From assembly GCA_013265495.1 (NCBI GenBank), contig MU058478.1, positions 125,816 through 189,815 on the forward strand: a stretch of 64,000 nucleotides of DNA, written 5' to 3'. Positions 50,571 to 63,469 of the stretch are shown piece by piece. The notes under the pieces were generated by a model. The model was not told the DNA's origin. It made no database searches and was given only the letters and a program-made list of their open reading frames with translations. This DNA comes from Vicugna vicugna. Taxonomy: Eukaryota. Made by a program: the position numbers and the translations under genes. How positions within the stretch are numbered: position 1 is the first letter of the stretch; each line of letters starts with the position of its first letter.

Positions 50571-52064
50571 AAGGGTCTCTGGCTTCTAAGCAGAGAAAGG
50601 AAGCTCTTTTGCAGAAAGTAGAAACCTTTGCCCGCATCAAGGGTGGTACCCGGGTCCTGCTCGGACCAAACCTCCCAGGGTTGAGCAGAGCATAAATCAG
50701 GCTTTTCCTGTGGGAGCTCCAGAAAAGTAAGCACAAAAAAAAAAAAAAAAAAAAGGAACCAAACAGCAAAAATCAGAGTGAAATGTGTTGCTATATTTAA
50801 TTCCAGGATCATTTACCTATGTGCCCTTGTCTTGGTAATTTTCAGAGTCTGACTTCCTGTTTCTTTCCAGGGTGCTGCGAGGAAACACAGGTTTGTCCTC
50901 CCCCCAGGCTTTCAATGCAAACTCTAAAAATAAGCCTGCCTTAATTAAATTGCAAATGCAATCATCAGGGTTTGATTCAATAAAAATGACATGTGCTGCC
51001 ATTATCTAAAGTTCCTTTGAACCTCAAATGGAGCTCCGAGTGCCCCCTTGCCCACCTGCCCTTCAAGTCCAGGAATAAAGGTCACACGTGGGGGAGCCAG
51101 GCGAGGCACTAAGTCCTCCTGAGATCAGGGTCTTTATTTTCAGAAGTGAGGGGGAACACACAGTCCAGCGCCGTGTCTAATTCATCTCAGTGCTTCCACA
51201 AAATCTCTGCTCTGATGCTCCCTGAAGTCCACTCATGCTCAACACCCAGACCTTGAAGGAATCTCGCAGGAGGCCGGGGACAGGCTGCAGCCCCAGTGGT
51301 CACGTTCACAGCTCCAGATCCGGGATGCAAACCGAGACGCCCATCACGTGTAATGAAACAGGCTGTTGATTGAAGTGAGTCATAAAAACACCAGCAAAGC
51401 GCACAGCCTTGGGCTGCCCACGAATAAAGCTGCTCAAACAGGCAGTAAGAGACCAGTGCGGTGAGATGTTCATGTTCGCATCCGTTGTGCATTGAGATGA
51501 ACGATCTGCCTCTCGCTCGCTTCCACGTCTTCTGCTCTCATGTATTTTTAAAGTGAAAACGTACTTGTTACAAAGGTCCCTTGTCTCGCATCCAGAATGC
51601 GAAGCCCAGCAGCCTGTAGGAAGGATGGGATCGTAAAACCAGGCATGAGGAGGAATTCAAATGACAGCAGACACTGGTTATGTCACTGTTACCTTCAGCG
51701 AGACCCATGTGGTCTCCTGTTTGAAACGCTAATAAAGGAAGGGAATGTATGGTCTTTGCTGTACCAGTTGTGAAAGATAGTGAGCGGGCCTGAAACTGGA
51801 GACCCCAAGAGCTTGTAGAAGAGGGCTCTCTGACAAAGAGAAGCAAGGATATGTTTGCAATCTAGGTCGCTTGGTTTTTAAAGTTGGCAATCTTGAAAAG
51901 TAAAGGAAAAAAAAAACACAGATTCATTTATGCTTAAATAGATGGCTAAATAAAATGTACATCCCGGGCCGAGTGAAATTTATATTTGATGTCCCAAAGT
52001 ATATGGAACTTACATGCCCATGTGTCGCTGTTGTGTGTTGATCTTGTCCCACCTGGACTCAGGT

Positions 52065-52471
52065 TGTTACAGCAACCTGAATCCCGTCCAGAAACCAACC
52101 GACACTCAGAGGGTTGGAGAACTCAGTTTTATTATGCCGGGGGGCCCAGAGGAGTTAACACTCCAAGTTCTGGACCCCGTCTGTAGGTTTACACAGGCTT
52201 TTATATTTTGATTTTTGCACCATATGCAAATGAGGTGTTAGAAGTGGACCAATCAGGAGTGAGCTTTTGGGAACCATGGAATTTTAGGGGCAAATGCAAA
52301 TGAGGTGTTAGAAATGGACCAGTCAGGAGTGATATTTTGGGAACCAATGGAATTTTAGGGGTAACTTTCATTTTTCCTAGAAGCAAGAAGTTTGACAGAA
52401 GCATAAAAACAAGAAGGCAATGGCCGTGCCTGGAAGGTCTTGCTGGTCCCTTTGTGGATTTTGCCCCTTCA
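52065..52471 (-). mobile_element. ERV1-like solo LTR (family C, copy 2)
   Basis: Perfect 4-bp TSD AGGT (52061-52064 and 52472-52475), TG/CA termini, homologous to 6863-7254. Confidence 0.95.
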
Positions 52472-53465
52472 AGGTCTGGTTCAATGCCAATAGGAGAAGT
52501 GGAGAAAAGGTTGGGACAGGAATCAAATCCAGACTGTAGGACAAAGAGTCACAAAACTAGGTGTGTGTTATGCAGGGGCTGGGCAGCGGGGAGCCACTTC
52601 AAGTGTGTGATGGTTCTCTTCAAGTACGGGGAGGTGGGAAAGGATGGGAGTGATCTGGGACAAATCCAATCAGCAGAAAGAGAGGAGAGCTGCTGAGAGG
52701 TTTACTCCTGTCTTCATTCGCAAGGAAGAATCATGGACCATTCTTTATCTTGCCACACATGCTTCCAGATTCTGGGGATACAAAAGCAAACAAAACAGAG
52801 GAAAAAAAAAAGAAGTCCTGCAATCATGGAACTGACCTTGGCAAGAAGACAGAAGTGGAATGGATGGTTGGCCAGACAGAACCCCAACCCCCAAGCAGCC
52901 CAAGGACCCGGCAGTGGGGTGACTACTGCCTGGGATCCGCCAGCATCCAGAGAGGGTGACTGTCCTGCCCGCGGACCCCCACTGTGCTGGGCCAAGAGCG
53001 CACCTTCTGTTCCAACTCAAAAGCTAAATTGGAATGGCCACTTCTGACCATTGTAGAGAGGTTTGGTTAATCGGTATCGATGTAGAAGCTGCTTATGGAG
53101 CATAAAGATTTATGTCCACTGAACCATCAGTGTCTAATATAAGTTTAGCCATCTAAATGCACTTTATTTTTTCTGTCCTTTGCTTTTTACCTTGGGTTTC
53201 ACTATAATATTAATCTTTCTCCACTTCCTCATTTCTTTTGCATTTCTCTGATTTACCATGCCTGACTAACAAGACCACCTTCTCTCTCAGAGATTCTCAT
53301 TTTATGCAGGAGGACATAAACTAAGTTGTCCGAACACTTTGCTAAGTGTATGTAGATCCATAACCTGATAATGCTCTTCAAAAAAGATTGATTTCATCTG
53401 TACCTGGAAATGTCTTCAGTGTATTAAGTCTTTTGGACTTGGCATGAGATAAAATATATATAAAT

Positions 53466-53493
53466 ATCAATCAATCAATCAATCAATCAATCA
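53466..53493. repeat. (ATCA)7 microsatellite
   Basis: Directly visible in the sequence. Confidence 0.95.
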
Positions 53494-54422
53494 GGGATGT
53501 AGAACCACTCAGCTGGAAACAGAGACAAATGGGGGATAATTGCCAACTCAGTACTTAAGAAGAATGCCAGTAAACATCAGGAAATAATGATCATAAAACT
53601 TGAAGTAAACCTAAGTTCTCAGAAACCAACATCCTCCCACCTTCCACACAAGTTACCTATGGGAAATGTAAGAACTAAGGGTCAGTCTAGGGAAGGACAC
53701 ATTTTAAAATACGATTTAGGATATTTGCCTCAAGCTTCAGAGGAATCCTTCACTGTTATGCTTAAGTGGAGAAATGCTTCTCCAACACCACCTTTCATTG
53801 CATGGACTAAAGTTCACTGAAGGTGTCTTCTTGCCTCTTTCTCTTGGAATTCAAACTATTTAGTAGGTAAGGAACTGTTGAGAGCATCTTTGTACCAGCT
53901 GGAGGAATAGGCCATGTGACTGACAAGGACTTTAATTAGCTGTGTTGGACCAGATTCTCTATATTATCATGTCTACTAACCAGAGCTCTGGGCCTGAGTG
54001 GGAAATCCAGAAATTGGAAGTTGATTTTTTCCAAAAGTAGCCAGTAGGGAGAAAAAGATATGTACATTTTAGGATTGAGTTTGAACCCTAACTACCAGGA
54101 GTTACAAATTGGTGTTTGTGTTGATTAAAATTTGGATTTTGTAAGATGTTTCTCACAACGCCCAGTATACTGTGAATCACCACAGCCCACAGCACACTGT
54201 GACTCATTACCCTTATCCTGGTAGGGCTGGTGGGTAATGAAGCTGCATGGATTCAGCACAGTGCTTGGCACATAGGAGCTTCTTGTGTCAGTGAACAAAT
54301 ATAAATAAAATTTCATTTTGTTAAACTAAATAGCAGAGACAGTATAAAGATGGAAGTCTTGTAACAAACCCCAATTCTCAATAATAAAGTGAAATTTTAT
54401 TTTTTATTAAAGATTTACTCTT

Positions 54423-54561
54423 GGGGGGAGGGAATAGCTCAAGTGGCAGAAGACATGCTTAACATTTACGGTGTCCTGGGTTCAATCCCCACTACCTCCT
54501 CTAAAAATAAATAAGCAAACTGAATTATCTCCCCTCCTAAAAGAAACAAAAACAAAAACAA
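54423..54561 (+). mobile_element. tRNA-Ala-derived camelid SINE (vic-1-like)
   Basis: tRNA head, degenerate tail, and TSD AAAGATTTACTCTT/AAAGATGTATTCTT (54409/54562). Confidence 0.9.
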
Positions 54562-54575
54562 AAAGATGTATTCTT

Positions 54576-54880
54576 ACCTAAGTTCGTTGGAAGGCTCAGG
54601 TCCACATGGTTATTCAGGGACTGAATCTACCAGAGATTCTACCTCCTTTATTTAACCAAGAGCTCCTATGATCATTGATGGGTATAAAGAAAAAAAATCA
54701 GTCCTGGGAAGACACACCTTCATGAACACTATTCATTGACATCTGAGACCCACTCTCACTCCATTGGTGAGTTCCAGTCACATGACTCAATCTCGCTGCA
54801 ACGGTATCTGGGAAATGTAGTTCAGTTGTGCACCTGGGGCCAGGAAGTGGGTCTGGTGAGCATCTACCTACCCAGTCATT
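54576..54880 (-). mobile_element. Old MLT1J/K-like LTR fragment
   Basis: GTCACATGACTCAATCTCGCTGCAACGGTATCTGGGAAATGTAGT motif. Confidence 0.5.
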
Positions 54881-55286
54881 CCCATGGAGCGTGTGCCCCA
54901 GAAACCTCACAAACCCGTCCTTAGAGCACCCCTGGTGATGATCATGAATGATAAATACCTCTTAAGATTTATTACCTTCAGACATTTCCACTGGTCAGTC
55001 AGATTTTCCTTTTGATCAAAATTGCCCAGTTTATAAAACCTCAGTGAACAGTTAATTGAAAATAAAATTTTTGTTGAAATCAAGGCAGAGCATATGGCTT
55101 GCTCTTAATTGTCATGGCTTGGGGCTGTCACTTAACATAAAAACAGGCTCACTCCAATGAATACTTTATTCAGCCAGCATAGTGGATCGTTTCATTTTCT
55201 TTGGAAATCTATCTTTACGCCTTTAATCTACTCACACAGAGATTAAGTGTAATAGAAAACAGAAAGTTTTTGCATCATGCTGATAT

Positions 55287-56101
55287 TGTTCCAGCTTTGT
55301 GGAGGCATACTTGATAGACAAAATTTGTATGTATTGAAACTGTATTGCAATTTGATGTTTCCATTTATGCATACATTGTGAAATGATGAACACAATCAAG
55401 TGAATTAACATATCCATCACTTTAAATGTAAAACCTAAAACTCTAAAACTCCTATGGAAAAAAAACAGGGAAAAACTTCCTGACATTGTTCTGGGCCATG
55501 ATTTTTTTTTNNNNNNNNNNNNNNNNNNNNNNNNNNNNNNNNNNNNNNNNNNNNNNNNNNNNNNNNNNNNNNNNNNNNNNNNNNNNNNNNNNNNNNNNNN
55601 NNNNNNNNNNNNNNNNNNNNNNNNNNNNNNNNNNNNNNNNNNNNNNNNACACAACATGGATAAGAGGTTAATGTCTAAAATATATGGAGAACTCCTACAA
55701 CTCCATAGCAAAGCAACAAATAGGTCAATTAAGAGATGGACAAAGGACTTGAAAAGACATTCCTCAAAAGAAGATTGTGAATGGCCAGTAGGTCTATGAA
55801 AAGATACTCAACATCATTAACTATCAGGAAAATGCAAATTAAAACCACAATAAAGTATTGTTACCTCATACCTATTAGAAGATTGGTTATCATCAAAAAG
55901 ACAAGAGATAACAGATGTCGGCAAAGATCTAGAGAGAAGGGAACTCTCGTACAATGTGGGTGGGAAGGCAAGTTGGTGCAGCCACTATGGAAAACAGTGC
56001 GGAGTTTCCTCCAACAATTAAAATTTGAACGACTATATGATCCAGCAATCTTACTTCTGGATGTATACACAAAGGAAATGAAATTAGTGTCCCAAAGAGA
56101 T
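55287..56101 (-). mobile_element. L1MA-like element with 5' inversion (3' end at 55287-55420 on -, ORF2 piece at 55421-56101 on +)
   Basis: ORF 55781-56113 carries L1 ORF2 motifs (KRYSTSLTIRKMQIKTT, CGWEGKLVQPLWK). Near-TSD ATGCTGATAT/ATACTGATTT. Confidence 0.85.
55511..55648. other. Assembly gap (138 N)
   Basis: N run after a T homopolymer inside an L1. Confidence 1.
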
Positions 56102-57029
56102 ATACTGATTTAAAAAATACATACATATTACACATATATGACTGTTTTTTATACTATTTAGACTTTTTATTAATCTTTTCAGAGTGTTCAGAAATTTACA
56201 GTTGTGAAGCTTGTGACCTAATTATTATCTTTATACCTGAAGTTGGCAACACCCAGGTATGGACAGGTGTACATGTATGCTGGGGGGGGAATGATGGTGG
56301 GGTGTCAAGGGTATGGAATGTTTCCTGTCATGCACACAGCAGTATTTTACTTGTTTATATATCTCTTATTCCCCAAAAAGTTGGATGAGAATGGAATTGT
56401 AGAGATACATAATATTTAACATTTATCTATTCTAATAAATACACATACCAGCCATGGTTCTAGATGTGGTGATACAGCATTAAACCGTGTAGGTCCTGGA
56501 ACTTACAACCTCTTGCTGGTGCCTAGTGTCACTCAGGAGACATCCAGAGGTTGATGGGGAAACATGAGAGCAAAGGGGTAGAAAAATTTAAGGCATGGCT
56601 ATGGGACGGGATACACTTGAGAATGAATGTGAGTCTTGCCTTTGGAAAAAGGAAGCAGTCACTTATTCTCGGTGTGGACGGATCCCCTTCAGCTTGGTGT
56701 GTGTAGACGCCAAGGGGACACACTGACCAAGTAAACTGGGTGGGCACCCACCGACAGCACAGTGAGTCATAGCTCTCTTCTGCATCAGTCATGTGGTAAG
56801 TCTTCTTGGCAGGTGCCCTCACTCAAGCACCCAGTCTGAGTCGGCCACAGATTTTGCCCTCATGTTTAGTAGCCAATTAAAATTAAAAAAAAAATAAATG
56901 AACCAAATAAAATGCAAAAAGGGAAACTTATTTTAGGAAAAGTCTTACTATTCTTCGGAGGCGTCCCAGACACAAAGTCTCTTGCAGCATCCCCTGAAGT
57001 GAACACTCGGGGAGCTGGAGGTAACTAGC

Positions 57030-57190
57030 ACTGATGCCAGCTCATGATTCTGAACACGGGCTTTGAACGTTGAACGTTTTACGATGGAATCCAAACGCGT
57101 CCTTGTAACATACATCGTGATTTTGACAAGGTATTCGAAGCATTGGTGCCTCAGTCTCAAATTTCTCCACATTGGGAATAATTGTACGTG
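57030..57190 (+). mobile_element. MIR SINE fragment
   Basis: GTGATTTTGACAAGGTA...GTGCCTCAGTCTC...TGGGAATAATTGTAC. Confidence 0.55.
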
Positions 57191-60100
57191 ATGTGCAGGG
57201 CGCTTGTTTGGAGACAAGGAAGTAACCAGTATAAAACTCTAAGAACACTCTTCACATTTTGTAACTGTATCCAAATTATGAGACATTGTGGAGAGTTTTG
57301 TTGTGTCAACTGTTGAAAACGTATTTACAGTGAATGAATAATCATGGGGGATTGAAGCACCTGCAAAACTCCCTTCACTCCTTTTGATCTTTTCCTACAT
57401 TTACCTCATTTACTGGCAAGCTCGAATATGTGTGTCACATCCCCATGGATGAAGGGGCCAATAAGAAATCGAACAGGTGAATGGTCTGATCTCAGAAAGA
57501 GGCAGGTGTAGGGACTAAGAAAGAGGAAAGAAAGATAATTTTAGAGGAGGATCCAGGTGCTGGCAGAGGGTGCTGGAGAAACACTGGTGTAAACACTGCC
57601 TCCTTCTCCACCACCCACATCCGACTGCTCCTCATAGACCCTCCCTCCTCTCCAAACCCGGAGCCAATGGTAGGTTCAGGGCAAGCTCAGGAGTATTTGG
57701 GTACCTACCCCCTAATGAATGGATCCTGTAACAAAAGAGCCCCTGCTTACAGTAACGTTTTTATTCACTCTGTCTTCACAGTCTGAGAAAGTAGTTAATT
57801 TCCCTTAATGATGTTAACCACCCCAGCCTTTCTCACCAGAAAAGATATCACTTGGGGGTGCTTTAACTTAATTTATAGATCTCATTAACCCCTTTCTTTG
57901 CCTTCCCACTGAGATTACAAATCTCCTAAGAACAGAGAGCTCTCTGAATGGTTAGGAGAATGACTGAATGACTGTTCGCCCCGGCGGTCCTGAGCACACA
58001 CTGATGTATTAACGGTGAATCCCCACCGAGATGAGCAGAATTGGGGGGTAAATATAAGGCTTCTGGGGAAGCTCCCTTACTGTCCTCAGACTCAGGGTCA
58101 CAGTTTAATACAGAGCCCGCCACTTACTGCACAAAAGCATAAAGGAATCCAGGAGGACGAAACATCCAGCAACAACCAGCTTGAGAACGTCATTTCTGCC
58201 ACCTGTAAAGGAATTGTATCCCTTTATTGGAAATTAAAAGCCAGGGCAAGTCTTAAACATTCCAGCTGATTCCCATTTTCCTCCCTCTCCAGGGGAGGAC
58301 ATTCACCTGTGGTCGGAACAGTCAAGCAGTGAAGTGGAATCAGACGCACATGACCCGTTTCCATTCTGTTCCTGACAAAAGTTCGCATCTCCACGTTTTC
58401 CCAGGAATGGTGTTTATTTACTGTGATGGCTCTCAGCCAGGAGATCAGAAGTACTGACTTCACAACCGCCCTGAGGTCCAGAAAAAAGAACCCTGACTTT
58501 CAGAGCCCACGTTGTGGTTAAGGACGGATGTTTACAATGACCCCCAGTATGTGCTGTTTGTCAGGTAATGTCTTATGTCAGTTTCGCGGTTTGTTTATGA
58601 CGTGGACTTTGATGGTGAGAACTGGAGACAGATTGTTTTTCTTTTTAATGCAAGATGAAGAGTTATCTCCTGCCCAAATCAGGACATTTTCTGGAGGCAG
58701 AGCGACACACTGGGGTGCTTTGGGTTCACTGGAAGGAATGGTGGCACCTGGTTTGTAGGACACTCAATACTCAATGTGGCCGGACTGCTGAGAGCTTGTG
58801 AATGAAGCCAGGTTGCTTCAGAAAAAAAATCTACCCAAAGCAAGTCATCAAGTGTTTCCTATTTTTGCCTCAAACTCATTCTGATCTGCTTTTCTGCAGC
58901 CGCTGGGTGGGGGCTGAGGGGCTGTATCTTACTACTATTGACTTTTTTAATAGTCAGAAATTCGTAGTGACTTTTAAAAATGAAGAAAAAGAGTTGGTGA
59001 GGTTTAACTCCTTCATGAATTTTTAGGAGTTGTCCGATGCACAAAGTTCAGAAAGAGAGGGGAAAAAGAAGAAAAGAAAAGAAAAGAAAAGATTCTTGCT
59101 TTTGTTAGTCTTCATTGTCAGACCAGAGAGGAGCGGTCATGACTCATTCTGGGGAGAGTTAATGGTTTGCACTTTGTTTCCCAAGCTCTTTACAAATCAT
59201 CATAAAAGAGGAATGATCTCAGAAGCACTTACAAGCCTTTCCTACACCCACTTTTCCAATAAATCTCAAACACATCCTTCATTTTGATCGCAGAGATGCA
59301 AATTTTCTGACGGGCCAACCGCAGCGTGACTCAGTCCAAACGGAGCGCAGTGCATTTACTCACGTGGAAAGGATATTTTCCTGAAACATAATGGAAGGAA
59401 ACATAACACAGTTCACTCAACTTCAGCTTCCAAACCCTGCATGCTTTCCATCACCGGCTTTTTGTTTAGCGTTGGGTTTTGCACGTATTACTTTGAAATG
59501 ATTAAACTGGGCGGAAAGAAAAATAATGTTTGCACGCTACAGGGACTTCAGGGCATTCATTTCTCCTTGAATGTATTTAAATTCTTTTTTTCCCCTGTAA
59601 CTTTGATTCCTGAGAAATTTAGATTTGATTGTTGTAAAAAAAACATTCCAAACTTACTAGGGATGTGAGTTCTGATTTTTGTGTGGGCTGGATCTCATAC
59701 TAGGTTCAGAAATGGAAAGATGCGATCCAGTCTCGCCTCAGTGTGCAGGATGATGTTTGCTAGGCAGCCTTCTGTTTGCAGAGAAAGGAAAGAATGTCTT
59801 TATCTACAGACAGATTCAACAATGCCTCCTCCTCTGTGTTTCCAGCTGAATGGATGTGACGGGACCTGGTTTCCTGTGCGGTAAATACCCATCCTATTTG
59901 TGAGGGTCACGTTGCTGTTCCAGGGTCAGAGTGCAAACAGAATTGGGTGTGGTTGTTACCTGGAGAAACCAGCCCTGTAACATCTAAGATGCTTCAAAGC
60001 TGCCTTATGCACTATTTTCATTGAATTTTATATCATCAAAGCAACACATGTAAATAGCTTAAAAAGTTAAATTGGTAAATTTAGTAAGCTTCGTAATTAG

Positions 60101-60581
60101 TAAACTTTTGGTACACTTAATGGATACCCAAGGGTACTGAAGTGTATCACTCCGCAGTGTCTTTGTCTCCAAAGGCATCCTCTTGCTAAACTCTGCTCAT
60201 GTAGTTCCCATAATTATATGAATAAAGCATTGTCTCATTGGATTTATTAATTTTCCATGTTCTCCACTGACGCTCTGTCATAGGAGGGGAGGACTTCACT
60301 CCCTTACACTGCCAACAACTTCATTTGCTCCTTCCTCATTCTCTTATCACAATTCCATTAAAATTTGGGAGTTAACGCAGTATTCAGTGTTTACATGATA
60401 AAAACTGGCATTGTATCATAAAAGGATTTCCATTTACTTTTCTTTTTTTCAATTTGTCTTTGATCATTTTGTTTGCTTGCTTCCTTCAACTTGCTTTGGT
60501 TTCTTTGTACATATGACCGCGCCTTCCAACATCTTCTATCATCCTATTAGTACAATTTTCCGAAAATAATACAGTTTCCTT

Positions 60582-60940
60582 TCATGAAATAAGTCAGACA
60601 GAGAAACACAGATGCTAGATGTTATCACTTATATGTGGAATCTAAAAAAATAAACAAACGTGTATATAACACAGCAGAAACAGACCCACAGATATAGATA
60701 CAGAACTAGTGGTTACCAGTGGGGAGACAGAAGTGGGGCGGGGCCAGATGGAGGTAGATGATTAAAAGGTACAAACTGCTATGTATTAAATAAATAAGAT
60801 TCAAAGATACGTTGCACAGTACAGGGAAATATAGCCAATATTTTATAGTAACTGTAACTAGAATATTTACAATATAAAAATATTGAATCACTATGTTGTA
60901 CACCTAAGACTAATAATATTATAAATCAACCATATTGCAA
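60582..60940 (+). mobile_element. L1 3' end (artiodactyl-type)
   Basis: GAAATAAGTCAGACAGAGAAA...TCACTTATATGTGGAATCTAAAAAA...TACAGGGAAATATAGCCAATATTTT. Confidence 0.9.
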
Positions 60941-62789
60941 ACGCCTTTTCAACTGTCAATGTCTTTCAGTCCGCATAGTGCCTGGCATTTACCTGCTACT
61001 AAATAAAACTTTGTTTGTTGAATGAATCACAGAATTTTCTGTTGTTCTCCAATTATGAGTAGCAAGTGGATGCTATCATCAAATGGATGCTTCCTTTTCC
61101 TCAAGTATTTAGGATCTGGGATCTAGAAGACAGAAGACATTCAGTTTAGGCTTACAAGGAAACAGAAATTTAAGTTCTCAGGTCAGAGGGTTCTCCACTC
61201 CCATTAATATCAGTAATTTTCAGATGTAGCTCCTCCCCTTCCTGTTCTATTCAGCGTAACTGCTAAAGGAACATGGTCTGAGTTGGTTGTCTGATTTTTG
61301 TTCCTTTGTTTATTTATTTTTCCTGCCAAGGGAGATTCGGGGCACATAAGTCATTGATGGATGTTTTTATATATCTTGGTGGTCAGTGATGAAAGTTTAC
61401 GGTAATGTAAATCCACGTTATGGGTAATTATGAGCGATATTTCAGAGCGTGGAACTCAGGACCAGCTCTATGGATGACCTTCCGACAAGAGAAGTGTGTG
61501 ACCCCTTACATCTGGAAGTGGACAGAGCCTTGTTTTACAGTCTCCTTTTAGGAGGATGTCACAGGAGCATCGTCTAGAGCTGTAACTCCTACCATTTCCC
61601 TTTTACAAGACATGTCATTTTCCCAGCTAGAGAAGGAGTAAGAAATGTACCATCTACCCTTCACTGACATTCAAGCACAGAGCTAAGTACTACAATAAAA
61701 ACTTGGAGGTAATTCTGTTCAGAAGTAGTAGGAAGTGAAACTTTAACTTCATCTACAAAAGAAAAAAAAAACCTAAATTTCTATGTAAACAGGACTGATG
61801 GAAATCTGCTTATGTTGTTTTTCTTCAAATTCATTGTTACAAATGAGATGACGTCTTTCATTAACTCCATGTGTTACTACACTGCTTGGAAATAGAAAGA
61901 TGTATTTCCTTCCAAATGTATAAAAATCAGACTTTACGATGATTTTATTCCTCATAACCGCTTGGTACGTTCGCTGGGATTTAACGTAGTAAAGACACAC
62001 ACACGGAAACGTTCACTATAAAATGAAATTTCTAAAAATGAAAATAAGGACTTTACCACTGGAATAATTCCCCCCCCCCAAAAAAAAAAGGAATTCTGTT
62101 TTGCAGAAAAGAGATGCTACGTTTTGATGCCATTCTATTTTGTTTCAGTGGGATGACCTGAAAATGGCCTGAAGGCAGTACCTAATTTAATTATCTTCAA
62201 AAATCGAGCCACATACTTTGACTGCTCTAACTTGAAGTCAGTGCAAATCTCCCTCTTACAGGACAAATATATCTGCATGATTGTAATGGCAACTGGTCAT
62301 ACATGTGATGTCTCTCCCTGCATCATTCTCTCAATGACCGTTCCTGGAGATTTATAGAATCAAAGATGTTCTAACCGTAAATAAAACGATTTGATGGATG
62401 CACTACAAGATCTAAAGAGTACTGGTTGACCTGTCCTGTGCACAGATATTTGCTTATGTTGGCTGTGTTTTTTTTTTTTTTCCCCGTAAGTGTGTAGTGT
62501 ATCCACCAGCATCTTTCTCTCACTGCAATCATTGAATCTGCTTTCGTGCAACCTATCTGTTTATATCCATCTGTATTCAGAAGCGATGTGGAAAAATATA
62601 ACAGTTATTCAATCTCAATGAAGACGGCTAAATGGTTGAAAAATAAAGAAACTAAAAAGCATTAAAAAAAAGAATAAAAAAATTATCCATTATTTTGGGC
62701 AAAACATGGTTATGTTTCCTTTCCTGTCCATCAGTCGAAATGATGTGAATTCCTGGCTCTATTCTAAAATCTATTAACTATAAGTTGTG

Positions 62790-63045
62790 TTAGAGGGACC
62801 AGAAGTCTGCAGTCTGCTGGGCATGTCCCAGTGAGTCAGACCTCCCAGGGCTTGGGTCCCACTTCGATCTCTTGTCGCCTGTAGCCTGAAGCAGGACACG
62901 TACCTGCCCTGATCCTCACACCTCTGGTCTCTAAAGTGAAGTTCCTACCCTTCCCATCACTGCGGTGACACTAAAATGACATTGCATATAAAGCACTTAC
63001 AACAGTGGTAGCACGTGGTGCACGATCTTTAAAGATTATCAATAA
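62790..63045 (+). mobile_element. MIR SINE
   Basis: GAGTCAGACCT...TAAAATGACATTGCATATAAAGCACTTACAACAGTGGTAGCAC. Confidence 0.6.
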
Positions 63046-63269
63046 ATCTATCATAGTATTTGTGTCCTATGTACTTTGAAAAATGTAACAACACAAGTAG
63101 TATTCATTTTGCAATTTTTTCTTCGCTCACACACCTTGTCCCATGGAATATTGTGTTTCTTCTGCGTGATGGAGTGAGTTATCATTTTTTGATATATTGG
63201 GAGAGGCTGACCAATATTGCAATAATTTGCTCCTTAAAAGTTAGTGGAACTCAGCTTTTGGTCCTAGTA

Positions 63270-63420
63270 TTTTTTTTTTTAATAAATTCTTTGTTGTTTC
63301 CCTTAGGGGAGAGGTAATTAGGTGTATTTATTTATTTAATTTTTGATGGAGGGCCTGGGGATTGAACCCAGGACCTTGCGCATACCAGGCATGTGCTCTA
63401 CCATGGAGCTCCAACCTGTA
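63270..63420 (-). mobile_element. tRNA-Ala-derived camelid SINE (vic-1-like)
   Basis: GGTAATTAGG...TATTTATTT tail and GGGGATTGAACCCAGGACCT...TGCTCTACCA head, both in reverse complement. Confidence 0.9.
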
Positions 63421-63469
63421 GGCTGATCCTGGTGGTCTTTTCATGTGATGACTTGAAGCTACCAATTCA

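Noticed and set aside
6863..52471. Family C LTRs as the two ends of one provirus (also the family A pair 20759/44407)
   Set aside because: They are 45 kb and 24 kb apart with no gag/pol/env between them, and the copies at 52065 and 44407 have their own TSD or near-TSD.
58560..58660. Protein-like peptide SRFVYDVDFDGENWRQIVFLF after a possible acceptor
   Set aside because: The pyrimidine tract is weak, the frame is short and I recognise no family. It is compatible with chance.
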